Assembly (NCBI GenBank): GCA_000708835.1
Contig: DF237047.1
Span: 144,170 to 208,169, forward strand
Direction of reading: 5' to 3'
From: Klebsormidium nitens
Taxonomy: Eukaryota; Plantae; Klebsormidiophyceae
Length of the DNA stretch: 64,000 nt
The notes under the pieces are model-generated. The model saw only the letters and a list, made by a program, of their open reading frames with translations, did no database searches and was not told the DNA's origin. Shown piece after piece: positions 12,529-23,940 of the stretch. Both the position numbers and the translations under genes were made by a program. Each line of letters begins with the position of its first letter. The first letter of the stretch is position 1.

Positions 12529-15500
12529 TTAGTAACTCTGAACCGGCTTGTGGATGTTCTCGCGAACCCGTCTCCTCAGCTCTTCGTTTTGCTGCAGCAT
12601 ACATTAAAAAAGAGTGTGAGAACGGGACCGTTTCGAGAAGAGAAGTGCTTTTGGTTCGGTCGAACAGGTTGTGTACTAAAAACAAAACGCTTCCATAATG
12701 CTTGGAGGTCTGCTTCCGACTGCAAGCAAAGAGAAGTGAGGTACAGAAGGAAAGGTCCGAAAGGAGTTCGCCTCGAGCTTCTGTCTTATCTACAAAAACA
12801 ACCGTACAGACCGAGTATACCGTTTTGTCCACTCTATCCCGACGCTTAAGCGACAACACGGTTTGACTGACGTGATCCAGCATACTAACAGCGTCGTAAC
12901 TTGGACAATCGAAAACTGGCTTCTTGCAAACATCCCCAACGTCGAATCGAATCGAGGATTAGAACGTCGCATAACATCGTCAGCAATCAGCGTAACCCAA
13001 GCCCCTCTGGTCTGCAGGAGGGGTTCACTCCCAGCCAGTACAAACAGATCAATTCATAAAGAAAACGGACCTGAACAAGCGCAGCGGCCTCCTCGTCAAG
13101 GCTCGCGTTTCTGCTCTCGAGGTCCGCGACCCTGGCCTCTAGCTGCGCCAGCAACAGCTTCTTCTTCTCGCGTGCCTGCTGGGCACTTACGCGGTTGCGC
13201 AGCAACCTGTAAAGGGCGGAAAGGTTCGTAAGCGGCCGGACGTTATAATAAGCCGCTGTGGCCTGTGGCATAAGCCGCTGTGGCGAGATCATGAGCAGCT
13301 GGACGATTGATCTGACGCGTTTTGTGCAGCAATTTGGAGTGGGCGCACTGAAGTTAAGCAGCAGGGAGGACAGATGAGCAGCCGAATGAACCTGACAATT
13401 GCAAAGAAAAGTTTCAAGATCGACATATCACTGTGGTTTCCGCCCTAGAGGGACCAATTTGAGGCAAAAACGCTGCATTGCGCACTGCTTCGGGTTAGAT
13501 TTGGATTCCGCAGTGAAACATCCGCCGACAACTTGCTAGGGCTTGAAAAAACTCGCTCTAGTAAGGATGGAAACGTTGGTCCACTCAAGCGACTTTTCAG
13601 CCAGTTTTGACAGCTTGGGGCAGCTGCAAAAGAAGCGCAAAGAAGCTGACGAAACCTCGTCCTACCTTTTCTTTCGTCCGAGGGCCTTAGCGGGGGGAAG
13701 CCCGACCAGGGGCGCTCCGTCCAGCATGACCGGCTCGGCCTCTTCACCAACCTGGGGGTTGCTCCCCTCCGACGAACTAGACCGGGGGGTGGAAACACTA
13801 GGCGGTGCAGCCCCCAACAACGGGGAGGGGATGGGAAGCGAGGGGGGGCGGGAAGCGCTCGGGCCTGTGACAGGGAGAGTTGGCAATCAGACTTTGAGCC
13901 TGCTGATTGTTATCCTACTTCTCAAGACATCGCGTGTGGCCTCTTGGGGTAAGGCTTCTTAAACCGCGCGAAAAGGGGTGTCTATATGTGCGAGGGGGGA
14001 CTTCCAGGGGGGCATCCTGCCTGTCCCAGGACCCTCTACATTCGTTTAACTCAACTGTGACATTCGTTTCCAGCGGAGACACAAAGGATGTGTTTGCAAT
14101 TGTTAGAAAACAGGACAGATGCATGCACCCCCAAGAGGAAGGAAGAAAGGCGCCACTTTGTGAGGAAGGGATGCTAAGTTACCTTCCAGCACTCGCCGCC
14201 GCTTGATTTTCTTCTCCTGGTCTGCCGTCTGCCGCTGCATCCGCTTGACTGCGGCCTCCTGAGCCCTGCAGAACAATGGACTAGAGACCTAAGAACAAGG
14301 GAATCGGTTACCGGAACATTGGTTTGTATGACAGTAGGATCTGAAATGGAAGAAGTTTTGGAACAGGCATCGAGCTGGTCGCTCTACACCTTCAATCATG
14401 TGCTTGCCGCATTTTCTAGCAGGGAGGCAAAGTTGAGTCAACAGGAGCTCTCATGCCACAGAAACATGAACTGCTGACATGACTAAGTGAGCCACACTGG
14501 GGGAGAAAAGCTTACGCATTTCCCATCGGCAACTGAGGCGCGGCGGTTCCAAAGGGCGGGAAGTATCCAAAGGGCGAAAACGATGGCATTCCGTGCGTGA
14601 AGCCGGGGGGCGGAACTCCGAGCACTGGCTTCATGTCTGCAGCAAGAGCGGTGTATTCAGAAACAGCATCGATTTTTCTTTACCAACATGAAATGTTGCT
14701 AAACTCTAACGGACTTCTCAGACTATCCCATTTTCCGCCTGACTAGAACTTCTTGCTAAGGCAACTGAAGCTCTCCTTATGTCATCTTTCTTCGCACCCC
14801 CTCCCTTTGAATCACCAATGTAGAAACCAGGTCTCTTGGACTTTACCAACCATTGCAGTATGCATAGACTTTACCAACCATTGCAGTATGCATAGGAGCC
14901 ATAGTTCACCTGCGCTGCTTGTGGTCGGGGCGTGATGTGCCTGCAGCAATGCATTCTTTGCCTCTTCTTGCTGTACTCTCCGCAGCATGCGCTCTTTTTT
15001 GCTGTGACCAACGTGCTGGGGGCCGCTTGTGCTAGGGCCCTGCTGTGCAGCAGAGTCCCCAAGTGTCAACGGCTGGTTCCCTGCAGGGTTAGTGCAGAAA
15101 CCCTCAGTAATGCGCAGGGATGACATCAATAGATGAGGAAGCTGTTGAAAGTTGCGACACAAGTGATTGATGGATGGACTATAGCGCAAGAGATGCACAA
15201 GATACGAAGAAAGATAAAATGGCAATGAGCAGACTGGGCAGGAGCTTTCTGTGTTCAGAGTCCCAGAGGTTGATGTGCAGCCACAAATCTGCACGACCGT
15301 CTAAAACTCACAATACCAATATACGAGCTTGTGCATCTCAAATCAATAATGAGGGGCTAATCAACAACCAGCAATGTGCAGATTGACAACTCCCCGGGCA
15401 TGAGCCACAACAGTTTGCCAGCTTACCTAACACTTGTTCAATCAACTTCTGCATTTCGAGCTCGTCCTGCGTCAGGGGCTGCGCAGGAGCTGCCATCCTG

Positions 15501-15571
15501 GGGACAGGCCGCGCGATCGGCAGAGGCGCAACGGCGACTGCCACAGAGTTGTCGCCAAATTCTCGCTGCAT
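12529..15571 (-). CDS. bZIP transcription factor with an HY5/HYH-like basic-zipper domain, 7 exons, 305 aa (possible 234-aa isoform)
   Basis: Exons 15571-15427, 15080-14910, 14636-14516, 14265-14183, 13864-13666, 13206-13071, 12591-12529 (918 nt, phases consistent). KKR|[53 protein letters not shown] matches HY5 [17 protein letters not shown]. The start ATG and 5' exons are less certain than the bZIP exons. Confidence 0.75.
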
Positions 15572-17055
15572 GGTCAACCTGCCCCTACACAGCAGGCTCT
15601 CTCAAATGCTTCAGCCTACCTCTGCTAACCAACTTCATGCAAATGAGTGGAGCCGTTATTCCAATTTGAGGATGGCAGTCAGCAAAAGCAGGGAGGCTAA
15701 TGTGAGTAGGCCGTGGGGCTAACTTCGTCTATGTCACGAGGAAATTCCAGCTTTTCTCCCTCTGAGCGTGTTCAATACTTGCTCGGGCTGTAAACTCCAA
15801 ACACTGATTCGTAGCTTAGAGAATGCCGCTCCTTTGTCAAAATGCATGCGGTGGTGTCATTAATGCTCTGCATCCTGAGGCAGCCTTGTGAGATAGCGGT
15901 CATGCAACCACCCTGCAGCAGGCGCAACAAAGACATGGTCAGCAGGGCATCAAAAAAAATAGTTCATGCAGCCATGCAGTCAAGCCTTCTCCCTGTTGAA
16001 GAAAACTCTGTGCCACTTCTCCTCGATGTTGTCACAGCCACCTTCTGATACTTCATTTGAAGTTGAGAGCCTTCTGACAGACATGTCAGCAGCTCCAATG
16101 TCCAAAGTGAGAGGCAAAGCCGAGCATAACTAACCTCAAGCAGGACACTTGCACTTCCATGTCTTTTGATCTAATGACACAGCGATCGCCGGCTACCTGC
16201 CTTTTCCACCCACAAAATGCAGGCAATTCTCAATAGGATCAGAAACTGTGCAAATTCCGCCAGCAAAGCTGCATGTGGGCTCAACGAGATCACCACCCCA
16301 GAAGAGCCTCACCTTTGCGCAAGCGCCCTGCTTTCACCCCAGCTCCCCCCCTGATTGAGTGCCAAAGCCGGAGCGCAGCTTGTACAAGACAGGCCTTCCG
16401 CAGGGGGACGCTTTGTCGTTCACCAGGGTCCAGGAGGTGAGCGCATTTTTTAAAATTACCCCCCCTGAGTTTATTTCATCAGCGCCGTCGGATGCATTCG
16501 ATTGACTTCTTGGCCTCCTACAAACCGTCGATTGAACTCTGCAAATAAACCCCTGGAAAGAGGAAATTTGAGTGCTACAGAATCTCTAGCTGTACGCTGG
16601 AGATCTCAGGTTTGAGCTTGAACTTGGAAGTGAAGCTCTAAAGCTGCGAACTTCTCAACGACAAGGACCAGCCTGCATTATGATTGCATGCTTCTCTTGT
16701 CACTTGATATTTCCTCAAGCGCCTCCAATTTCAAGCACCTGATCAAGGCGGAAAAGCAGGGAAAAAACCTTGTGGGTGCGTTGATTTCCAGTATGGGATC
16801 ACCTTTCTCATCACTGTGGGCAAGACATAAACGCGCTGTGAAGTAGGCTCACGCCTTTCCAGGATTGCGGAGAAGGAAGGGGAAAGATTCTCCAATTGCA
16901 ATTCCACCATCTCTCCAGACACAGCTAAGGACACAGCATTCAGCAGCTACTGGGACTTTCGCTCATCTTTCTGAGCTTAGCTCAAGGGGTTTGCTTGTCC
17001 TCCAAGAGCATGAATCACCGTTGATTGGAATCATGGCGTGCATTTGACAGTAAGC

Positions 17056-20000
17056 ATGGCGCTTCCCTCCATGGTGTGCCAGCGATGGCTGGCTCTGGTT
17101 GCGGGATTGTACCTTCAGGCGTGCGGTGGCAATACATATTCATTTGGAATCTGGTCTGGCGCCTTCAAGGACAGAATGGGCTACAGCCAGGTAGGAATTC
17201 GTCACCCCTTCTGAGCCTGAGAATTACAGCATTCTACTCGGATCAGCACCACTGACTGTAATTGACCACACAACTATGAGGTTGAAGCTTGCAAAGCAGA
17301 TTGCCCGGTGTGAATAAGATAGAAGCGGTCTGCGTCTGATCAGAAACAGTGAAGGCTTTCCTTTTGAGATCTCTGAAGCAGGCAGCCTCTAACAAGATAT
17401 GCACAGATGTAAGAGACCTGCGCCAACACCATTTCTCAATTTCCTGTTGCAAGGCGCACCCTTTTCTTTGATTCTTCATCTGCATCATCATGCGCGAACA
17501 ACTTGAAGTCATAGAGACGTGCTTTCCCAAAGTCCAAGCAGACAGGACTAACCTCACTCTTCTGCCTTCCTGTTCTGTACAGCAACTTCTCAATGCCCTC
17601 GGCACTGCAAAGGACGTTGGTGACAACGTGGGGGTAATCGCTGGCACGCTGTATGACTACCTGCCAATCTGGGCCCTTCTCCTGTGGGGATCTGCGCAAA
17701 ATATCCTCGGATACGGGGGTCTGTGGCTTGCAGCGTCGGGCAGGGCACCCAAACCCCCCTTCTGGCTAGCGTGTGTACTCATCTGTGTCGGTGAGCCCTT
17801 TCATCCTTGGACTATTGGTTGTGCACCGTATGTTCTAGCTCTCACTTCAGGAAGTAACTTCGTCTGTCCTATTGGGATAATCAAAGGCCCTACCACTCAA
17901 TCAATGGCCTGAGGACATAGGCGCCAGATCCAGTTCCGTCGTGCTTCCAACTGCTGATCCTGTGCAAGGCGCACTTTCGCACATTAAAAAACACCACCAT
18001 TCATTGTACCAACAGAACTAAATAGGTCCAACTCATACTTATTATCCCCCCCTCCACTCCCTTTGCTCAATACCACTGTCTTCGTTAAGGTTTGTCTCAG
18101 AGGTTTGTTACAGAGCATTTTGATGCTATATTCAATACCATGACCACAAACCTCAGAAACGCCTGCGCCAATCTCGTTAACACTTTTGCCGCAGGCACCA
18201 ACGGGGCGACGTTCTTCCAGACGGCGGCCATTGTGACCCTCGTCCGAAACTTCCCGTCCCACCGCGGCGCAGTTGTGGGCCTCACCAAGGGGTTTGTGGG
18301 CCTGTCAGGGGCCATCTTCACCCAAATCTACTACGCCGCATTCGCCCCAAATCAGGTAAGACTGACTTTGGTTCGTTTGAGGACCACCAAAACCACACAT
18401 TGGCCCTTCTGTTGATTCGAGGGCACTGACGATGATGAGAACGTTGTTCCCTGCCCGACTTCAGAGAGTGAAAGGGAAGTTTTATCTGAGTTGCCGCTCT
18501 CAGCGATGGGCTTGATACTCGACCATTGCATAAGCTGCGCGCTACTTTGGGGAGTGTAAGGAGGAATGGGAGCTTGGCGAGCCCTCCCGAGATTAAAGTT
18601 GGAATGAGAGATCAGATTACACGCAGCAATGTCGAATTTCAATACCAGATTCCGAGGCTGGGCTTTTGATTCTAAGGTGCATTTTAGCAGTCTGGTGACG
18701 CTGGAAGATCAACTGCATAAAAGTTTCACCTTCGTTTCGGACTCTGACGACTTCGCTGTCTCGTCTTCATCGTGCCCGCTTTGCGCTGACACCCATATCT
18801 AAAACTTCCCATACGCCAGGGTGCTTCTAAGCAAAGTATTATTTCCAACACCACTCCACTGCTTCTAAGCTGATTAATCTTTCCAACACCGCTTCACTTC
18901 TTTTTTTGTGCAGACCTCATTCCTCTTCCTCATCGCTGTCGTCCCGCCCCTCTTGGCCCTCCTCTGCGCAAACATAGTCCGTCCGATCTCCCCGACCGAG
19001 TCCGAAGACGAGGAAGAAGAGGAGCACTCCAACTTTATTTCGATCTACCTCATGGGCTTCTTCCTCGCCGCCTTTCTGCTGGTCAGCATCGTCTGGCGCG
19101 AGATGTTCAGAATCAGTCACCCGGTAAATGTCGCCATCACTACCGTGATGGTACTGATTCTCACCTCGCTGCTGCTCGTCCCGGCGAAAGAGTACTTCCT
19201 CGAGAAGCGCCAAGCTCGGACGTCAATCACGGATCTCGAGGCGCGCGGAACAGAATCAGTAGCGCTTGTCGAGAGTTCCCGTGGTACTCCAGAGCTCGAT
19301 TTCGAAGCTCGGCAGCATTCGATCCACTTGCACGACGAGGGCGATAACTGGCTCGACGTCGAGAACCGCGCCGAGAGCATTGCGTTCGGGCTGATGACCG
19401 AGGCCGGAGATGAGCCCCCCGAGAGGACGCCACGTGGCAGCCAGGAGAGGCTGCCACGCGCCAGTTCGGAGGTTATCGACGTCGAGCAAAGAACCGAGGG
19501 CGATAAGCGATGGAGCCCTCCACGTGGCATAACCGAGGAGTCCGACAGCTCGGAAGGGGCGGGAGAACTAGAGGGGGGATGTTATCGGATGCCAAGGATC
19601 GGGATGGACCACGGAGTGCTGGAGTCGTTTGCGACGCTCGACTTTTGGGTGCTGTTTCTGTCGACCATGTGCGGGGCGGGGTCTGGGCTGACCGCCATCA
19701 ACAAGTGAGCGTTTGAGGCCACGGAAGGCTTCATTTTCAAGTGCTCGTTCATAATAGGCCTCGTTTTACCTTCAGCCGAAGATTTGTCAGGGGGCAGAGA
19801 TGCTCTTAGGATCTTCTGTTCGAAATCTTTTGCGTTCGGAACGGATGCTTTGTCTGCTTATCAGCAAGAGTAAGGCATCCAGACTGAGGTTGCTGGTTAT
19901 TCCGGCCGTGTGCGGGTTTGAAGTGTGTGTGGTTAGAAGAGAGTGTCCTGGCGAAAGCTCGTTCCGTCGAACTTTTTTATTTGTATCCGCTCATAGTTCG

Positions 20001-22791
20001 TTCGTTTCGGATTCCTTTATTCTGTTTCGCCGAAGTTTGGTCCTCGAAGTTCGTCCACTCCGTCCATTAAAATCGCCTTCTTAGAAGCTTGTTCACTTAC
20101 CTTCAGTCAGATTCAAACGACTCGAGGGAGTTTTGTCTCCAAAGGACTTGGTACAGAATAACCCCCTCACTAACCCACGTTTCCTACCGAAGTCCGGCAC
20201 ACTTGGGGCACGTCCGTTCTGTCACAAGAAGACAGCGAAAAAGCTGTCGCCGACCCATCTCAGAACAATCGACAAATTGGGGACTGTTCCGAAGCTGATT
20301 TCAAACTTGCATTTCCTGCCTGCAGTCTGACGCAGGTAGGCACCTCCCGGGCCGTGGGCGACAGCGTCGGGCGCGTTCGTGTTGCTGATCAAAGCTGATT
20401 AAATACAATCCGCATAAACCACCCTGAAAATCCGGGTTTACTGCTCGCAGTCTCGTGCAGATTGGCACGTTCCTTTGCGCGGGCGACAGCGTCGGCGTGT
20501 TTTGTGTTGCTGATCCATCTCACAAGGACATGAAATCCGCTACAGCTGTCGAGCTAACCACCCTATAACCCGCGTTACCCACTCTCCTAAGCCGCATTTC
20601 TTGCCCTCAGTCTGGCGCAGGTGGGCGCGTCCCTCGGCGCGGGCGACAGCGTCGGCGCATTCGTGTCGCTGATCCGTCTTCGATATAGCTTCAGCTAACC
20701 ACCCTATCACCCGCTTTAGACTAACCCGCGTTAAACAACCTACTAACCCGCTTTTCCTGCCCTCAGTCTGGCGCAGGTGGGCGCGTCCCTGGGCGCGGGC
20801 GACAGCGTCGGCGCATTTGTGTCGCTGATCAGCATCTGGAGCTTCCTCGGACGCATGGGCGCGGGTCTCGTGTCCGAGCACTACGTCCGAAAGTACGGCA
20901 CCCCGCGGCCCGTCTTCTCGCTGATCACGCAGGCCATCATGGGCGTAGGTGAGACCCCGTGTTTCTTGCGGCGATCAGTTGCCGCTGGATATACCGGTAA
21001 CTCTTGTGAGGCTTAACAAGCGTGTTTCCTAAGATTTGAGTTACCCATTTGCTTTTAGTTACCCAGTTCATTAAAGAAGGGGCCAAAACCAGATATTGAC
21101 CGCACCGAAGCGCACCGTAATTACTACTAACCCCAACCCGTCCTTCGGCGCGTACCGTTAGTCACACGCCTCTTAAGTCACATGAGACTCGCTAGCACTT
21201 GACGGAATCAAGGCATCGCAAGGCTCCAGCTAGATGTGTGATGGCTGCCTTTCTGATACGGAGAGATGTGTTGTGACGCCAGCGTTTCGATCGCCTTGGT
21301 GATCGAGGACCCCTATCATTGTTTTGGGGAGACTCATTGTTGACGGGTCCTCTCTGCTCCAGATTGCTGCAGCGTTTGCTGCTCACCTCATCTCATCGGA
21401 TTCTGTGCCTGTCTTTACACAACTTCTCGCCTGCTTATGTCATTTTTGTCATGCAAATATGCACCGCGATAGTCATGGCATGGAAAAGGCCTATACCGTC
21501 ATCGAGCTAACACTGTTGATCCTGGGTGTATTGTCAGATCGAATCGATCTGAAAGATGCTTCCGTATCCGCCCCCAGGGCACCTTCATTTTGCCTCCGCC
21601 TTTCTCGCCAGGTCCACGTCGCCTCTCTCGTTGTCTCTTTGCAGACCCTTCTTCCACAAAACGCCGTCCAAGTGCCCTTGCCTTAACCCATTTAGCCACG
21701 TAGTAGAACACTTATTCAAAAGCTTGTTGTTGAACCATGTTGCCAAATTTTCAAACCACGCTCTATCAAATGCGGTTTCCATCCCTCAAACAGGCCACCT
21801 TCTCTTCGCGTCCGCCCTCCCCGGCAGCCTCTACGTCGGCTCTCTTGTCGTCTTTTTGGAGAATCTTCTTTTGTTTTGCTTCTCCGAGCGTCCTATTACC
21901 GGTGTTTCAAGCGCTCCATCCATCTCCCAACAAGCCGACCAGAGAAACATGTAACCTAGTTGTCAAGTGAAGGCTCGAACTCATACCATGTTGCCAATGT
22001 TTGAAAACACGATTTCCATCCCTCGAACAGGCCACCTTCTATTTGCATCCGCCCTCCCCGGCAGTCTCTACGTCGGCTCCCTCATCGTCGGCCTCTGCTA
22101 CGGCGCGCAGTGGACGCTCATGCCCGCGATTGCGAGCGAGCTCTTTGGGCTCGCGCACTTTGGCGCCATCATGGCGTGGCAGTCCGTGGCCAACCCGTCC
22201 GGGTCCTACATTCTCTCCGTCCTAGTTGCCGGCTACCTATACGATATGGAGGCGGACCGCCAGAGCCACGTGCCCCACCCGACGGCGCACCCGGGGCTTG
22301 GCGGGACGGATCTATCGCCGTACTGGGGAGCAGTGAACGAGACGCAGCGGGAGGGGGGGTGGAAACCGTTGGGGCGGCGGATTTTGGAGACTGATTCTTC
22401 CGGGGGGGCACCTGGCAGCGGCTGGGGGGTTTCTTGGTTGTGGGCTCTTTTGGGGGGTAGTTCCGATTCGGGGGGTTCTGGATTGGGGGCGCTTCTGGGG
22501 GGTGCTTCGAGGGCTGGGGGGTCTATGTTGAGGGCGCTTTTGGGGGGGTATTCTGAAGAGCGAGTGGCGAGCAAGACGTGCATCGGTGCGCGCTGCTTCC
22601 GGCTGACGTTTATCATCATGGCGGGGGTGTGTCTTTTCGGGGTGTGTTTGAATGTATGGTTAACGATCCGCACGCGAGAGTATTACCGGGGGGTGTGGAA
22701 GGAACATGTCGAGAAGGCGGCGAATCGGGAGAGCGAGAAGGGGAGTGCCGCAGGGGAGTCGGACGTTGTGAGCGACGCGTCAAGGACATGA
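17056..22791 (+). CDS. Nodulin-like / NFD4-like major facilitator superfamily transporter, 6 exons, 745 aa
   Basis: Exons 17056-17190, 17583-17790, 18195-18355, 18914-19704, 20767-20948, 22031-22791 (2238 nt). Family motifs RWLALVAGLYLQACGGNTYSFGIWS, NFPSHRGAVVGLTKGFVGLSGAIFTQIY, GSGLTAINNLAQVG, SLISIWSFLGRMGAG, CIGARCFRLTF. Probable 5'UTR intron 16437-17050. Confidence 0.9.
20300..21855 (+). repeat. Decayed tandem copies of the acceptor junctions of MFS exons 5 and 6
   Basis: cag|tctggcgcaggtgggcgcg..gcgacagcgtcgg copies with AG ending at 20325, 20450, 20610 (true 20766). cag|gccaccttct..ccccggcag.ctctacgtcggctc copies at 21577 (faint) and 21793 (true 22030). Confidence 0.9.
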
Positions 22792-23940
22792 GTCAATTGT
22801 AAAAGCAAAGTAAAAAATAGCATGTTGCGTCCAAATGTCATTATAGATTGGTTACTGTGGATTCTCTTGTGTCTGTTTTGTGTATGACGGCCTTTGAAAG
22901 AGAGGCATGGCTAGCTGCTCGAATGTATTAGTGTCTGCTGAGGGAGTTCAGGTTCTGAAACGTTCCTCTTTACTGTGGCCGGTACTCAAGGTTTCGCTTG
23001 TGCTCAAGAAACTGTTTGGTGAACAGGTCATCTTACACGTACTCATTGTTAAGGTCGCTTGTGAGTACCATGAGGTCCAATGACCAAAAGAGGATGCATA
23101 CTCGCAACTTGGTTCGCTTTATTTAAATTCCATGGCAGTGTATCAAAGCTATATGGTCGACAATCCGAAGAACGCATAAGAATTGGGCGGCGGACTCCTG
23201 GCCGGTACCGTCCCATGCAGTTTCTCCTGGCACCGCGTGCATGTAGCCATGCTGGCATATCAATCTCATGCTATAAGTTAACCCATGAGCGGCCGGCCGC
23301 CATTCTAAAGCATATATAATTGACGCACTTCCGACGGTGTAGGTATTCATGCGCCCTATACCTAGCTAGACATGGTGCATGTGCAGGCCTGCAGCAAATG
23401 CAGGCCTCTAGAGACCTCCTCGGTTTCCTCATACATGCAAGACCCACATGCCAGCGGCCGGCCTGCGGAAAACTAAATTCCATATGGCTGGCATGCAGAG
23501 CTTGTTTGCTTGCATGCCAGGCGCATGACCACCGTCGTCGCACGGGGCAACCAAGTTTCGCAGACATGGAAATCTGTGTGGTATGCTTTAAGGAGGTGTG
23601 ATCTAAGCAGTTCGGTCTGCCGCATGGGAAGATTGCACCAGCCCATAACTTCAAGTCGTGTCTCCATAATGTACCATCCCATGGCAACATCAAGAAGCAA
23701 ATTTGGACCATCCACTCCTGATCCCGCTGACATAAGTAGTCGCACAGCACGCCGCTAACCGGCACTAGTCAAGCGTTGGCGCTACCTCTCCATGTGAGAC
23801 CCTTGTGATCGTTTGCCCCATCCCGCTCAACAAGCAAATCTTGTCAGTCTGTTGCCATAGATTTCACCCCCCAACTTCGCTCAGACTCCGCCCCTCAGTC
23901 CGCTTCGTAAATCTCAACCCCCCAGTCTGCTCAGCAAAAC

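Noticed and set aside
18917-19530. Minus-strand ORFs of 76-137 aa
   Set aside because: Shadows of MFS exon 4.
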